A stretch of DNA of 64,000 nt from Candidatus Parcubacteria bacterium (GTDB taxonomy: Bacteria; Patescibacteriota; Patescibacteriia; Buchananbacterales; SURF-54): positions 12,679-76,678 of the forward strand of contig QZIX01000013.1 of assembly GCA_003599635.1 (NCBI GenBank). The letters are read 5' to 3'. The translations under genes and the position numbers were made by a program. Positions 1 through 8,261 of this stretch are shown here, in pieces (the stretch's first letter is position 1; every line of letters starts with the position of its first letter). The notes below the pieces were generated by a model. That model was not told the DNA's origin, did no database searches, and worked only from the letters and a program-made list of their open reading frames with translations.

Positions 1-1
1 G

Positions 2-178
2 AATGAAGAAATTGTAAAGCTTCTTTTGAAAAGCGGAGGCATAGTTACTGAAGAAGTTTTTGATCTGGCGGTGAGTGAATCTTTAACGGGAATAGTTATA
101 ATCTTGATTGAATATTCCAAAAGAAACGCGGCCTGTCTTGGAAACAAGGCAGGCATTTTTTTGACATTTAAACAATAA
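2..178 (+). CDS. ankyrin-repeat protein, C-terminal fragment (5' end outside window)
   Basis: Frame is open from the window edge to TAA at 176-178. Translation NEEIVKLLLKSGG... looks like an ankyrin helix pair, and the next gene is a clear ankyrin protein. Confidence 0.45.
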   Translation, partial: NEEIVKLLLKSGGIVTEEVFDLAVSESLTGIVIILIEYSKRNAACLGNKAGIFLTFKQ

Positions 179-228
179 TTTTGTTAAGATTTATCTGTTT
201 TAATCCGGTAAAAGCAAAGGAGGGCAAA

Positions 229-627
229 ATGAAAAGAAAGTTATTAATGTTCACCGTGTTGTCAGTTATGATTTCTAGCTTCTGTTATGCAGAGGATCTG
301 TCCGAGAAGCAAAGCGAGTTGTTTAAAGCCGCCATTTTAGGCGACATAAACGAGGTAGAAAGACTGATTACTGCCGGCGCTGACGTCAACGGGCAGAATT
401 CCTTTGGCCATACGCCGTTAATGGCGGCTGCCTTCGCTAACCGTAAAGAAATAGTGGAATTTCTGATAGCCTGCGGAGCAGACGTAACCATTCGCGATAA
501 CAGAGGAGCGAACGCGCTTGTTTATGCGTTATTGAAGTGTAATAAACAAGTGGCCGTTGATCTGGAAACGGCCATGAACAATGCCCAGGTTGAGAAAAAC
601 AAGTTCAGTTATTGGAAAAATATCTGA
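229..627 (+). CDS. secreted ankyrin-repeat protein
   Basis: AGGAGG at 221-226 sits upstream of ATG 229. Signal-peptide-like MKRKLLMFTVLSVMISSFCYA. Ankyrin consensus GADVNGQNSFGHTPLMAAAFANRKEIVEFLIACGADV. Confidence 0.8.
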   Translation: MKRKLLMFTVLSVMISSFCYAEDLSEKQSELFKAAILGDINEVERLITAGADVNGQNSFGHTPLMAAAFANRKEIVEFLIACGADVTIRDNRGANALVYALLKCNKQVAVDLETAMNNAQVEKNKFSYWKNI

Positions 628-638
628 TAACACAGCAA

Positions 639-670
639 CCCTTCCGGTTCCGGCCGGAAGGGATTTTTTA
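639..670 (+). terminator. rho-independent terminator after the ankyrin gene
   Basis: Stem CCCTTCCGG/CCGGAAGGG (639-647 / 654-662) followed by a T6 run. Lies between convergent genes. Confidence 0.75.
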
Positions 671-674
671 TTCG

Positions 675-1040
675 CTATGAAGTGATGTTTTTCAAGTGCC
701 TGATTTCCGGTTTTTTTCTGTTATCGGAAAAATCGACAGTGATTAAGTCAATCTGAAAATTTACGTTTTGCAGATTATTTTGATGTAAAAACGTCCGGGC
801 TGTTCGAATCAGACTTTCAATCTTTTTATAATTTACAGCTTCTTCGCCCGAGCCAAACTGACTGGTGGTCCGTGTTTTGACTTCCACAAAAATAATTCTG
901 TCCAAAAAAGAGGCGACAATATCAAGTTCGCCTCCTTTTATACAATAATTTTCGGCTTTGATTTTATACCCCCTTTTTTGAAGGTATTTTTTGGCTATTG
1001 ATTGCCCCCGATCGCCCAGCATTTTTTTGAAACCGGTCAT
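675..1040 (-). CDS. yraN: YraN family (UPF0102) endonuclease-like protein
   Basis: Pattern G..IAKKYLQKRGYKI...GGELDIV...IIFVEVKTR is typical of YraN. Sits downstream of rnhB, as in many bacteria. Confidence 0.8.
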   Translation of the reverse strand: MTGFKKMLGDRGQSIAKKYLQKRGYKIKAENYCIKGGELDIVASFLDRIIFVEVKTRTTSQFGSGEEAVNYKKIESLIRTARTFLHQNNLQNVNFQIDLITVDFSDNRKKPEIRHLKNITS

Positions 1041-1042
1041 AT

Positions 1043-1450
1043 TTAAGGCAGATACTTGTTGAAATTTTTTTGTCGGCTTAATTTTTGTTTTATTTTCGGC
1101 AGTTCGTAAAACTGGTATTTGAGCGCAAACCCCAGCCAGATTACGAAAACCAAAACGATGATGGCAAAAACGAATCTGGCCGAAAGCACCAGAACATTTT
1201 CATAGGCAAGCCACGAATAAAACAGCCCAAGCCCGCCGACAGTAAGAAACAGGGCGAAAAGTTTGCTAAAACCGTCGGAAATTGCCTTGTCTTTTTTTGT
1301 TTTTTTAGCCATGACTAAAAACAGAAATCCTAAAACGAGAAAAAAAACAAACATTCCGCCCAAAAATTTAAAAGCGGAAAGATTGATGGGTTCAGGTTTT
1401 AACGACAGAAAAGAACTCAAGTCGGTGAATTGCAAAATAAAATTTTTCAT
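1043..1450 (-). CDS. hypothetical membrane protein
   Basis: 135 aa with about 3 hydrophobic helices. 4-nt ATGA overlap with the upstream methyltransferase gene. No family recognised. Confidence 0.6.
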   Translation of the reverse strand: MKNFILQFTDLSSFLSLKPEPINLSAFKFLGGMFVFFLVLGFLFLVMAKKTKKDKAISDGFSKLFALFLTVGGLGLFYSWLAYENVLVLSARFVFAIIVLVFVIWLGFALKYQFYELPKIKQKLSRQKNFNKYLP

Positions 1451-2001
1451 ATTTTTTTAAATATCAGTCCGTAATGATAAAGCCCTGCTGGAAATTCTTT
1501 TTCCATCCTTAAATTCAGCTCATCGGCCATTTTTTTAACCGTGTTTTTGGATATTTTATCTTCCTCTCTCGGGCCTAAAGGCGCCTGTTTATTATTCCAG
1601 TCGCAGACAAGCATTTTGCCCGAAGGTTTTAGCAGCCGATGCGCTTCTCTTAAAATTTCCTGCCGTTGCTTGGTCTGGCACAGCAGATTGATAATTAAGA
1701 CCGCGTCAAGGCTATGTTCGGGTATTTTGGTGGCACCGTAAATTTCAAGATTAGTCCAGACGGTTTTGATGTTTTTAACCCCTTCCAGCCGGGCCCGGGT
1801 GGCCACTTCCTTAAGAACGGACTTTAAAATGTCGACGGCATAAACTGTTCCTGTCTCGCCGACAAGCTTGCCGGTAGGAATGGTAAAAAAACCGGTTACG
1901 CCGCAGCCCAGGTCGGCCACTTTTAGTCCCGGTCTAAACTTTAAGGAATCGAAAATTTTTCGGGCATCAATTAATTGATTTCCCCCGGAAATATAGACCA
2001 T
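1447..2001 (-). CDS. class I SAM-dependent methyltransferase
   Basis: Motif I VADLGCGVTGFF and motif LLKPSGKMLV. Same operon as rnhB. Confidence 0.75.
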   Translation of the reverse strand: MVYISGGNQLIDARKIFDSLKFRPGLKVADLGCGVTGFFTIPTGKLVGETGTVYAVDILKSVLKEVATRARLEGVKNIKTVWTNLEIYGATKIPEHSLDAVLIINLLCQTKQRQEILREAHRLLKPSGKMLVCDWNNKQAPLGPREEDKISKNTVKKMADELNLRMEKEFPAGLYHYGLIFKKI

Positions 2002-2005
2002 GCCA

Positions 2006-2650
2006 TTATTGTATCACAGATTTTTCAGCGTCAAAAGCCATAATCGGCCTGTAACTTTTCCGGTGCAGCTTGCAGAGCCCGTGTTTTTTTATCATTTTTT
2101 TGTGTAATTCTGTGCCGTAACCTTTGTGCAGGTCAAAACGGTATTGCGGATACCGGCGGTGATATTTTTTCATCAGCCGGTCGCGGGTGACTTTGGCGAT
2201 AATCGAAGCGGCGGCGACAGAGAAAATTTTGTTGTCGCCTGAAATGACTGAACGGCAGTGAATTTTTTCATGCTTAAACTTAAAACCGTCAACTAAAAGA
2301 AAATCCGGCCGTATTTTCAAATTAGAAACAGCATCCTTTAGGGAAAATATATTGGCCTTGCCCATGCCGACCTTGTCGATTATTTTTTCCGAAATTACGG
2401 CAACCGAAAAACTGCGGCAATTTTTAATTATCCATTCGTAAGCGCTTTCCCGCTGGCTGGAATTTAGTTTTTTGGAATCTCTTATTCTGACACAGGATTT
2501 TACAGGCTGTTCCAGTCTTATGGGCAGAATAACCGCCGCGGCAACTATCGGCCCGGCCCATGAACCGCGTCCGGCTTCATCAAGACCGGCGATTTTTTTA
2601 TAGCCGTTTGCAGCCAAAAATTTTTCCGTTTTATTATCTGGCAAAAACAT
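2006..2650 (-). CDS. rnhB: ribonuclease HII
   Basis: GLDEAGRGSWAGPIVAAAV and DSKKL motifs. Length 214 aa. Confidence 0.9.
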   Translation of the reverse strand: MFLPDNKTEKFLAANGYKKIAGLDEAGRGSWAGPIVAAAVILPIRLEQPVKSCVRIRDSKKLNSSQRESAYEWIIKNCRSFSVAVISEKIIDKVGMGKANIFSLKDAVSNLKIRPDFLLVDGFKFKHEKIHCRSVISGDNKIFSVAAASIIAKVTRDRLMKKYHRRYPQYRFDLHKGYGTELHKKMIKKHGLCKLHRKSYRPIMAFDAEKSVIQ

Positions 2651-2686
2651 TGTTTTAGTACAATTTTAGATAAAATATTAAAAACC

Positions 2687-2715
2687 TTGACAAAAAGATT
2701 ATCCGGATGTAAACT
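2687..2715 (+). promoter_or_regulatory. sigma70-like promoter (TTGACA-17-TAAACT)
   Basis: TTGACA 2687-2692, 17-nt spacer, TAAACT 2710-2715. Lies 36 nt upstream of ATG 2751. Confidence 0.4.
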
Positions 2716-2750
2716 ATACTACCACGAATTAAAAATTAAAGGCAGAAAAT

Positions 2751-2933
2751 ATGACTCGCCAGGCGATAAAAGCATTAAAATTGGCGATTCAAGCCAACGG
2801 CATGGCGGCGAAAAGCTATAAACTGCTGGCGCAAGAGGAGCGCGACCAAAAGGCAAAGTCTGTTTTAAGAGACATGATTTTAACCGAGGAAATGAATTCA
2901 GTCCTGATAAGGATTCTGAAAAGAAGGGATTGA
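2751..2933 (+). CDS. small helical protein, possibly ferritin/rubrerythrin-like fragment
   Basis: 60 aa. AIKALKLAIQANGMAAKSYKLLAQEE...AKSVLRDMILTEE resembles the first helix pair of ferritin-like proteins. Weak RBS. Confidence 0.35.
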   Translation: MTRQAIKALKLAIQANGMAAKSYKLLAQEERDQKAKSVLRDMILTEEMNSVLIRILKRRD

Positions 2934-3041
2934 CCCAAGCTGTCAAATTGGCTTGAATCGTATAAGGATCCTTTGATTAAGGCAAAGGTAAATTTAAGCT
3001 ACAACTAAAAAACGCCTAAAAAACACAGGGCGATTTTTTTT

Positions 3042-3074
3042 ATAAAAAAGACTGCGAAAGTTTCTTTCGCAGTC
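3042..3074 (-). terminator. rho-independent terminator of the 3102-3533 gene
   Basis: 11-bp stem GACTGCGAAAG/CTTTCGCAGTC (3050-3074), followed on the minus strand by a T run (plus-strand A run 3044-3049). Confidence 0.7.
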
Positions 3075-3101
3075 GTTATTTGATAAACTGGTTTTAGGAC
3101 T

Positions 3102-3533
3102 CTATTCCCCAATGTGGTCAAAATAAGTGTCAATAAGGTGAAGATCTATCTTGATAAAATCTCGCACATCCTCTTGGGTAATCGGCGGAGCATTTTTACG
3201 AATCACGGAAGGAGTTATTTTTCTGCCGCCACCGGATTTCTGTTTTTGTTTAAAATTTAGCCGGACCGATCTTTTCTTTTCTTCTTTTAGAAATTGCTTT
3301 ATGTCTTCCGCCACGATGGCCATAAGTTTGTCTCGCAAATAACGGTTTTTTTTACTTTCATCCGATGAAAGGACAATGTTTTTTTCTAACTGTATAATTC
3401 TGCCGTTATAATGGCCAAGCATCTGACCGCAAGAAGAACATATTGCCAGCAACAAAAAGTTGATTCCAGGCATGATATCCATTTTGACTTTCTCTCCGCA
3501 TCTGATGCAATTAATTGTAAAATGATCACTCAT
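3102..3533 (-). CDS. zinc-ribbon protein of unknown function, paralog A
   Basis: GGGGG lies 5 nt upstream of ATG 3533. CxxC...CxxC (CIRCGEKV...CSSCGQ). C-terminal motif PITQEDVRDFIKIDLHLID shared with the next gene. Confidence 0.7.
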   Translation of the reverse strand: MSDHFTINCIRCGEKVKMDIMPGINFLLLAICSSCGQMLGHYNGRIIQLEKNIVLSSDESKKNRYLRDKLMAIVAEDIKQFLKEEKKRSVRLNFKQKQKSGGGRKITPSVIRKNAPPITQEDVRDFIKIDLHLIDTYFDHIGE

Positions 3534-3612
3534 AATTACCCCCGCTAAAGAACCATAGCCATTTCTGGTCTTAATAGTGAACTTTTTTTTCCTTAAAGTC
3601 AATTTTTTAGAT

Positions 3613-3642
3613 TAAAAAAACGGAAAGGAAAATCCTTTCCGT
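3613..3642 (-). terminator. rho-independent terminator of the 3651-4103 gene
   Basis: Stem ACGGAAAGGA/TCCTTTCCGT (3620-3642), followed on the minus strand by T7. Confidence 0.75.
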
Positions 3643-3650
3643 AATAGTTG

Positions 3651-4103
3651 CTACCGTCTTTTTTTCTTGAAAAATTTTTCAAAATAGTGTTTCTCGTCAA
3701 TGAGTCGGAGATCAATTTTAACGAAATCTTTCACTTCTTCTTGGGAAATTGGTCCGGCGTTGGGATTTACAATCGATGGTTTTTTAGACTTAGGCGGGCA
3801 TATCCTTCGTTTTTGTTTTTTTTCCCTTGCTGGCTGTTTTAAACCTAATTCACTCTCGTCAATAAATACAGAAACCTTTCCTGAGACCATTTCCAGTATG
3901 GTTTCAGTTATATGTTGTTTTTTCTCCTCAGCCGAGCCCAGTTTTATAATTCCCTTGTCCAAAGGCATTATTGTCCCGTCATATAATAATGACATTTCAT
4001 TGCATCGAAGACAGGATGCGATCACGATTGAACCCAGGGGCGGAGCTATAATCTGTTCTGTGGATGGGCAAAACGGGCATCGAAATTCTATAAACGAAAA
4101 CAT
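3651..4103 (-). CDS. zinc-ribbon protein of unknown function, paralog B
   Basis: AAGGAGG lies 6 nt upstream of ATG 4103. CPFC...CLRC. C-terminal PISQEEVKDFVKIDLRLID. Confidence 0.7.
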   Translation of the reverse strand: MFSFIEFRCPFCPSTEQIIAPPLGSIVIASCLRCNEMSLLYDGTIMPLDKGIIKLGSAEEKKQHITETILEMVSGKVSVFIDESELGLKQPAREKKQKRRICPPKSKKPSIVNPNAGPISQEEVKDFVKIDLRLIDEKHYFEKFFKKKRR

Positions 4104-4224
4104 ATCAAACCTCCTTTCAAATAAAAGGAACACGTTTCCCTTCCTTTAAATTGCATTAAATTCCATAATTTGTCAAGCGCAAAAAACCTGACAAGAACTG
4201 CTGCCAAGCAAAATTTTTATCGTA

Positions 4225-4254
4225 TAAAAAAACGGCAGGAAGGTTATCCTGCCG
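4225..4254 (-). terminator. rho-independent terminator (minus strand) of an orphan short transcription unit
   Basis: Stem CGGCAGGA/TCCTGCCG (4233-4254), followed on the minus strand by T7. Confidence 0.7.
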
Positions 4255-4603
4255 CGAGCTGAAGTTGCTGTCTGAATGCCGGGATTTTTTTGTTCAGAGG
4301 CAGGGAAAAAGTCCCGCATCAGACGCAGTTTGGCCGCCTGTTTTTACCAGACAAAATTTGCCGCCGATTATTTGGAATCGGCAGCCGCAATGTGGGCAAT
4401 AAAACGAATTCAGCGGATTGTCTGTGCGTTAGGGCACCAGTCAACATAAAACATGGCAGCTCCTTTTTTGTGGGCAAGCTTCAGATTACTTTATTTTTTT
4501 TAGAGCAACGCTAATTTTTAATAATAATTGCCAGGGATTAAAAAATCATTAAACCGTTTTAAAACAAAAAACAGCCTTGTTCGGCCATTTTTTTGAAGAT
4601 TAA

Positions 4604-5551
4604 TTAATGCATGGGCGATGGTTCCCGTCCTTCCCTTTTGATGATGTATCTGTAAGCGGCCAAAGCGGCCTGGGAACCCTGTCCGGCCGCAATGACAATT
4701 TGTTTTGCCGGAACATCGGTTATGTCACCCGCTGCGTAAATGCCCGGGCAGGAAGTTTCCAGAAATTTGTTTACTACAACTTCGCCTTTGGCGTTTAAAT
4801 CGACTAATCCTTTAAGCCAGTCGGTTTTGGCATGGTAGCCGATTTCAATAAAAATGCCGTCAACTAAAATATTTTTTACCGGCCCGGCATCGGTTTTAAG
4901 GTCAAGACTTTTGACAAAACCGTTGCCTTTGATTTCTTCCACCCGGCTGTCAAGAAAAATAGTCACGTTTTTTGCCTGCTTTAATTTTTTTTGAGTTATT
5001 TCATCGCCCCTAAAACCGTCACTGCGGTGGATGAGATAAACCTGCCGTGAAATCTTAGACAGTAAAAGAGCGGCGTCAAGAGCCGAATTGCCGCCTCCGA
5101 CAACAGCGACGTTTTTTCCGCGATAAAGCGGTGCATCGCAGGTGGCGCAGTAAGATACTCCCTTGCCCGTATATTTTTCTTCGCCCGAAACGCCCAGATT
5201 ACGGTGGGTCAGCCCGAAAGCCAGTATTACTGTTTTGGAAACAAATTCTTCGTCTTTAACCGAAACCCTGAAATTATCATTTGGTTTTTTTATGGCGATA
5301 ACATCTTTGGCCAGATATTGCGTGCCGTATTTTTCCGCCTGTTTGAAAAAGTTTTGTGACAAAGTCAGCCCGTCAATCAAATTGATGCCGGGATAATTTT
5401 CTATTTTAGTCGTCAATGTTGTCTGGCCGCCCAGATTTTTACCCAAAAGCAGTGTATTTAGCGTCCGACGCGAAGCGTAAAGCCCCGCCGCCAATCCTGC
5501 CGGCCCTGCTCCGACAATAATGACATCGTATAAATTTTTATTGTTACCCAT
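4604..5551 (-). CDS. trxB: thioredoxin-disulfide reductase
   Basis: GAGPAGLAAGLYASR FAD motif, redox CATCDAP, second GGGNSALDAA NADPH motif. 315 aa. Confidence 0.9.
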   Translation of the reverse strand: MGNNKNLYDVIIVGAGPAGLAAGLYASRRTLNTLLLGKNLGGQTTLTTKIENYPGINLIDGLTLSQNFFKQAEKYGTQYLAKDVIAIKKPNDNFRVSVKDEEFVSKTVILAFGLTHRNLGVSGEEKYTGKGVSYCATCDAPLYRGKNVAVVGGGNSALDAALLLSKISRQVYLIHRSDGFRGDEITQKKLKQAKNVTIFLDSRVEEIKGNGFVKSLDLKTDAGPVKNILVDGIFIEIGYHAKTDWLKGLVDLNAKGEVVVNKFLETSCPGIYAAGDITDVPAKQIVIAAGQGSQAALAAYRYIIKREGREPSPMH

Positions 5552-5597
5552 ATATAGATTAAAAAAAATTTAGTCGAACTTTACGGACTAAACTTTT

Positions 5598-5921
5598 TTA
5601 TTTTAACAGTTTATCGAGCTTATTTTTTAGTAATTCTATTTCCTGAACGCCGACCATTACATCTGCCGGTTTTCCGTTGGAAAAAATTATCAGGGTGGGA
5701 ATGCTCATTATCTGAAACTGGCTGGCTGTCTGCGAATTTTCTTCGACATTTAATTTTCCTATTTTTACGTTATCGCCGCTGTATTCTTTTGCCAGATCGT
5801 CAATAATCGGTCCTTGCAGTTTGCAGGGTCCGCACCATGAAGCCCAGAAATCAACCAAAACCGGCACGTTCGATTCCAAAACTTCTTTTTTAAAATTCTT
5901 ATCGTTTAACGTTATTTCCAT
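5598..5921 (-). CDS. trxA: thioredoxin
   Basis: VDFWASWCGPCK active site. 107 aa. Confidence 0.92.
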   Translation of the reverse strand: MEITLNDKNFKKEVLESNVPVLVDFWASWCGPCKLQGPIIDDLAKEYSGDNVKIGKLNVEENSQTASQFQIMSIPTLIIFSNGKPADVMVGVQEIELLKNKLDKLLK

Positions 5922-5986
5922 AAAAAATTGTTTTAGTTATTTTTTATACGGATAGTATTTAGTATAAATCATTTTAATAAATTTGT

Positions 5987-6226
5987 CTACCGTTTGCCGA
6001 TTAAATATTTTATGCTTTGCCTCAGGTTTTCTTCTGTTGTCCGGTCAGATTTTTGCGTTCTGAACTGATCTTGTAAAATTAGAGCTTCCAGCGAATTTAA
6101 GGCACCTTTTACGGCTTCGATTTGCTGTATGATATTTAAGCATCTGGAATTTTTTTCGCATAATTTAGAAATCCCAGAAATTTGTCCCTTGATTTTATTA
6201 AGCCTGAAAATAATTTTGTTTTCCAT
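5987..6226 (-). CDS. CsoR/RcnR/FrmR-family (DUF156) transcriptional repressor
   Basis: RLNKIKGQISGISKL...CLNIIQQIEAVKGALNSL matches the family core. The later H-x3-C metal ligands are not evident. First gene of the apparent csoR-like/trxA/trxB operon. Confidence 0.75.
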   Translation of the reverse strand: MENKIIFRLNKIKGQISGISKLCEKNSRCLNIIQQIEAVKGALNSLEALILQDQFRTQKSDRTTEENLRQSIKYLIGKR

Positions 6227-6254
6227 ATATTCGGTTAAATTTTAATATAAACAT

Positions 6255-6295
6255 ATACTACTCTCCAGTATGTTACAAATCAGGTATTATGTCAA
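6255..6295 (-). promoter_or_regulatory. promoter of the csoR-like/trxA/trxB operon with an overlapping inverted repeat
   Basis: Minus strand TTGACA (6295-6290), 17 nt, then CATACT. ATACT-N7-AGTAT inverted repeat at 6255-6271 overlaps the -10/start region. Confidence 0.5.
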
Positions 6296-6296
6296 A

Positions 6297-6317
6297 TGTT
6301 TCACGTGAAACAATTTA
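6297..6317. promoter_or_regulatory. conserved palindromic motif TGTTTCACGTGAAACAATTTA, copy 1
   Basis: 16-bp perfect palindrome TGTTTCACGTGAAACA. An identical 21-mer recurs at 8549-8569. Lies 1 nt upstream of the -35. Confidence 0.5.
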
Positions 6318-6335
6318 AATATAATCAAAGGAAAT

Positions 6336-6713
6336 TTAAAAAAGCGCGCGTGTATCAGTTTGTGCGCGCTGGGTTTCGGATATTTTTCGGATCTGGTCTA
6401 TTTTGATTTTGAACTTATTCGAGGGTTTAACTTTACCGTTTTTTTCTTTTGGATGCCTGATGTAATAACAAATTATCTCGTCTTGATCAGATAGTGTAAA
6501 AAAACGTATTACACTGCCTTTTTTTATTATTACAGGCAAATTTTTTTTTCCGTTGAGTGTTACCAAAGTCGCTTCAATTGCGCAGGGCAATTTTAAATTG
6601 CCGTCTTCACTGCAAATAATTTCAATTCCCATGATGAGTTTAATTTCAGCTAAAGCCGAGTCCGGATGATAAAATATTATTATTAAAATCAAAAGAACCG
6701 TAGATTTTCTCAT
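6336..6713 (-). CDS. small secreted hypothetical protein
   Basis: GAGGAGG lies 8 nt upstream of ATG 6713. Signal-like MRKSTVLLILIIIFYHPDSALA. No family recognised. Confidence 0.55.
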   Translation of the reverse strand: MRKSTVLLILIIIFYHPDSALAEIKLIMGIEIICSEDGNLKLPCAIEATLVTLNGKKNLPVIIKKGSVIRFFTLSDQDEIICYYIRHPKEKNGKVKPSNKFKIKIDQIRKISETQRAQTDTRALF

Positions 6714-6801
6714 TTTAAACACCTCCTCTTTTATTCTGTTTATGATTTTCTTACCACAAAAATTATGCAATGTAAATAGAATATGGAGGAAAATTATAAA
6801 A

Positions 6802-6837
6802 CAAAAAAAAGCTCCGATAATCATTTATGCGGAGCTT
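6802..6837 (-). terminator. rho-independent terminator of the 6874-7326 gene
   Basis: Stem AAGCTCCG/CGGAGCTT (6809-6837), followed on the minus strand by T8. Confidence 0.65.
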
Positions 6838-6873
6838 GTTGATCGTGATTTTGTTTTTCGCGGGCGAAGGCAT

Positions 6874-7326
6874 TTAGGGATTGGCTTGTTCTATGTTTTG
6901 AAGGTATTTTTCTGTCATCGTGGCGAAGTCAGCTTTGCTGACAATGAATTGTGTGCCATCTGGGCACATCGTACCGTGTGTCTGAACTGGCATTTCATAT
7001 GCAACAACCAAATCTTTTCCTTGTATTTCCAGAACGGAAATTATACGGCCTTGGCAAACGACACACGAATCATAAGGAATATTTTCACCTTGGTTAATGA
7101 CATCTACCCAGCCATAATCAGGTAGTATTGCCTTTGAACCAACCTTGATTTCTTTTGCACTTTCTATAATCAAAGCAACTTGTTCATCCGAGTGATATAC
7201 TTCAAACAATTCCGATTCCCTTTCGTTGCGCTCTCGTTCTTTGCAGGTTTCGTACATAAACGTAAATACAAAAAAAATTATTAGGGGTCCCAAAACCATC
7301 CAAATGTCTTTCATCATGTCTTTCAT
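6874..7326 (-). CDS. membrane-anchored hypothetical protein (GTMCPDG motif)
   Basis: AAAGGAG RBS. One N-terminal TM helix. Shares G(T)MCP(D/S)G and overall architecture with 7544-8032. Confidence 0.6.
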   Translation of the reverse strand: MKDMMKDIWMVLGPLIIFFVFTFMYETCKERERNERESELFEVYHSDEQVALIIESAKEIKVGSKAILPDYGWVDVINQGENIPYDSCVVCQGRIISVLEIQGKDLVVAYEMPVQTHGTMCPDGTQFIVSKADFATMTEKYLQNIEQANP

Positions 7327-7396
7327 CGCTTTTGGTCTCCTTTCAATGTTTTTCCTTGCTTAAGGTGCAAAAACTATATTTTTTATACAACATAAA

Positions 7397-7425
7397 AATA
7401 TAGCATAATGTTCATTTGCTGTCAA
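7397..7425 (-). promoter_or_regulatory. sigma70-like promoter (TTGACA-17-TATATT)
   Basis: Minus strand TTGACA 7425-7420, 17 nt, TATATT 7402-7397. Part of a roughly 90-bp module duplicated at 8205-8295. Confidence 0.6.
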
Positions 7426-7543
7426 TATATTTATATATATAGTAAAAGTAGTAAAATTCTAATTCTATCCTTAACAAAAATAAAAAAAGGCGTCGATAAG
7501 ACTTACTTACGGACGCCCGGAATTTGAGATCGGCCTGAGTGGA

Positions 7544-8032
7544 TTATTTATGATATTTTTTATAGTTTGACCCTGGATATTTTTCTAAAAAGTAAAGGAT
7601 TCCAGACGGACACATCGTCCCGCCGGGGTCGTCTGAAGCGGTATACTCATATAGTCTGTTGCCGTTTACGCTACCTCTGAACTGAATAATCCCACTGACA
7701 CCGTAATCTTTACCACCGATCGGCCGCGTACCACAGGCGCATGGGTCTCCGAACTGTAATTCACATCTATTTGATGTATAGTCGCAGTCAATACAGCTAA
7801 CAGGGTTTATGTTGACAATATTGACCCAATACCAGCGGCCGGCATCTGTTGGTTCGCCGTAAAAATTCTGGGCCAGTATTTGCTTTACCAGCGTTTTTTC
7901 ATACACGGCCACATCGCCGTTGATTATATAACGCATAAGTGCCTGGATGTTTGTATGTCTGTGCAGGTATGGATATGCCAACATAAGTATTATTAGCGCA
8001 GCCATAATGATAAAGATAGCTTTTCTTGCCAT
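7544..8032 (-). CDS. membrane-anchored hypothetical protein (GGTMCPSG motif)
   Basis: AAAGGAG RBS. N-terminal TM helix. Cys-rich ectodomain. Weak paralog of 6874-7326. Confidence 0.6.
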   Translation of the reverse strand: MARKAIFIIMAALIILMLAYPYLHRHTNIQALMRYIINGDVAVYEKTLVKQILAQNFYGEPTDAGRWYWVNIVNINPVSCIDCDYTSNRCELQFGDPCACGTRPIGGKDYGVSGIIQFRGSVNGNRLYEYTASDDPGGTMCPSGILYFLEKYPGSNYKKYHK

Positions 8033-8261
8033 TATTCGAGTCTCCTTTCACTGATTTGGCGGTGAATTGCATTTTCCTGACGAAACTTTAGTTATATACT
8101 AAACTTCTTACTTAATTTTTGATGCTTATTATTGGTTTCCTTTATTTTTTCTCGCACACAAGGCAGAACCGAAAAAAGTGATGTAGCAGGTATTAACGTG
8201 GATTGATCTTTTCCTCCTTTCTAGAATGTTTTTGTTGTAAGGTGCAAAAATATATCATTAA

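Noticed and set aside
2719-2946. 75-aa minus-strand ORF
   Set aside because: It is antisense to the better-supported small plus-strand ORF 2751-2933, which has a promoter. There is no RBS and the translation is implausible.
4290-4514. 74-aa plus-strand ORF in the trxB-downstream spacer
   Set aside because: It has a TTG start without an RBS and a low-complexity, non-coding-like translation. It is antisense to a unit with a strong SD and a terminator on the other strand.
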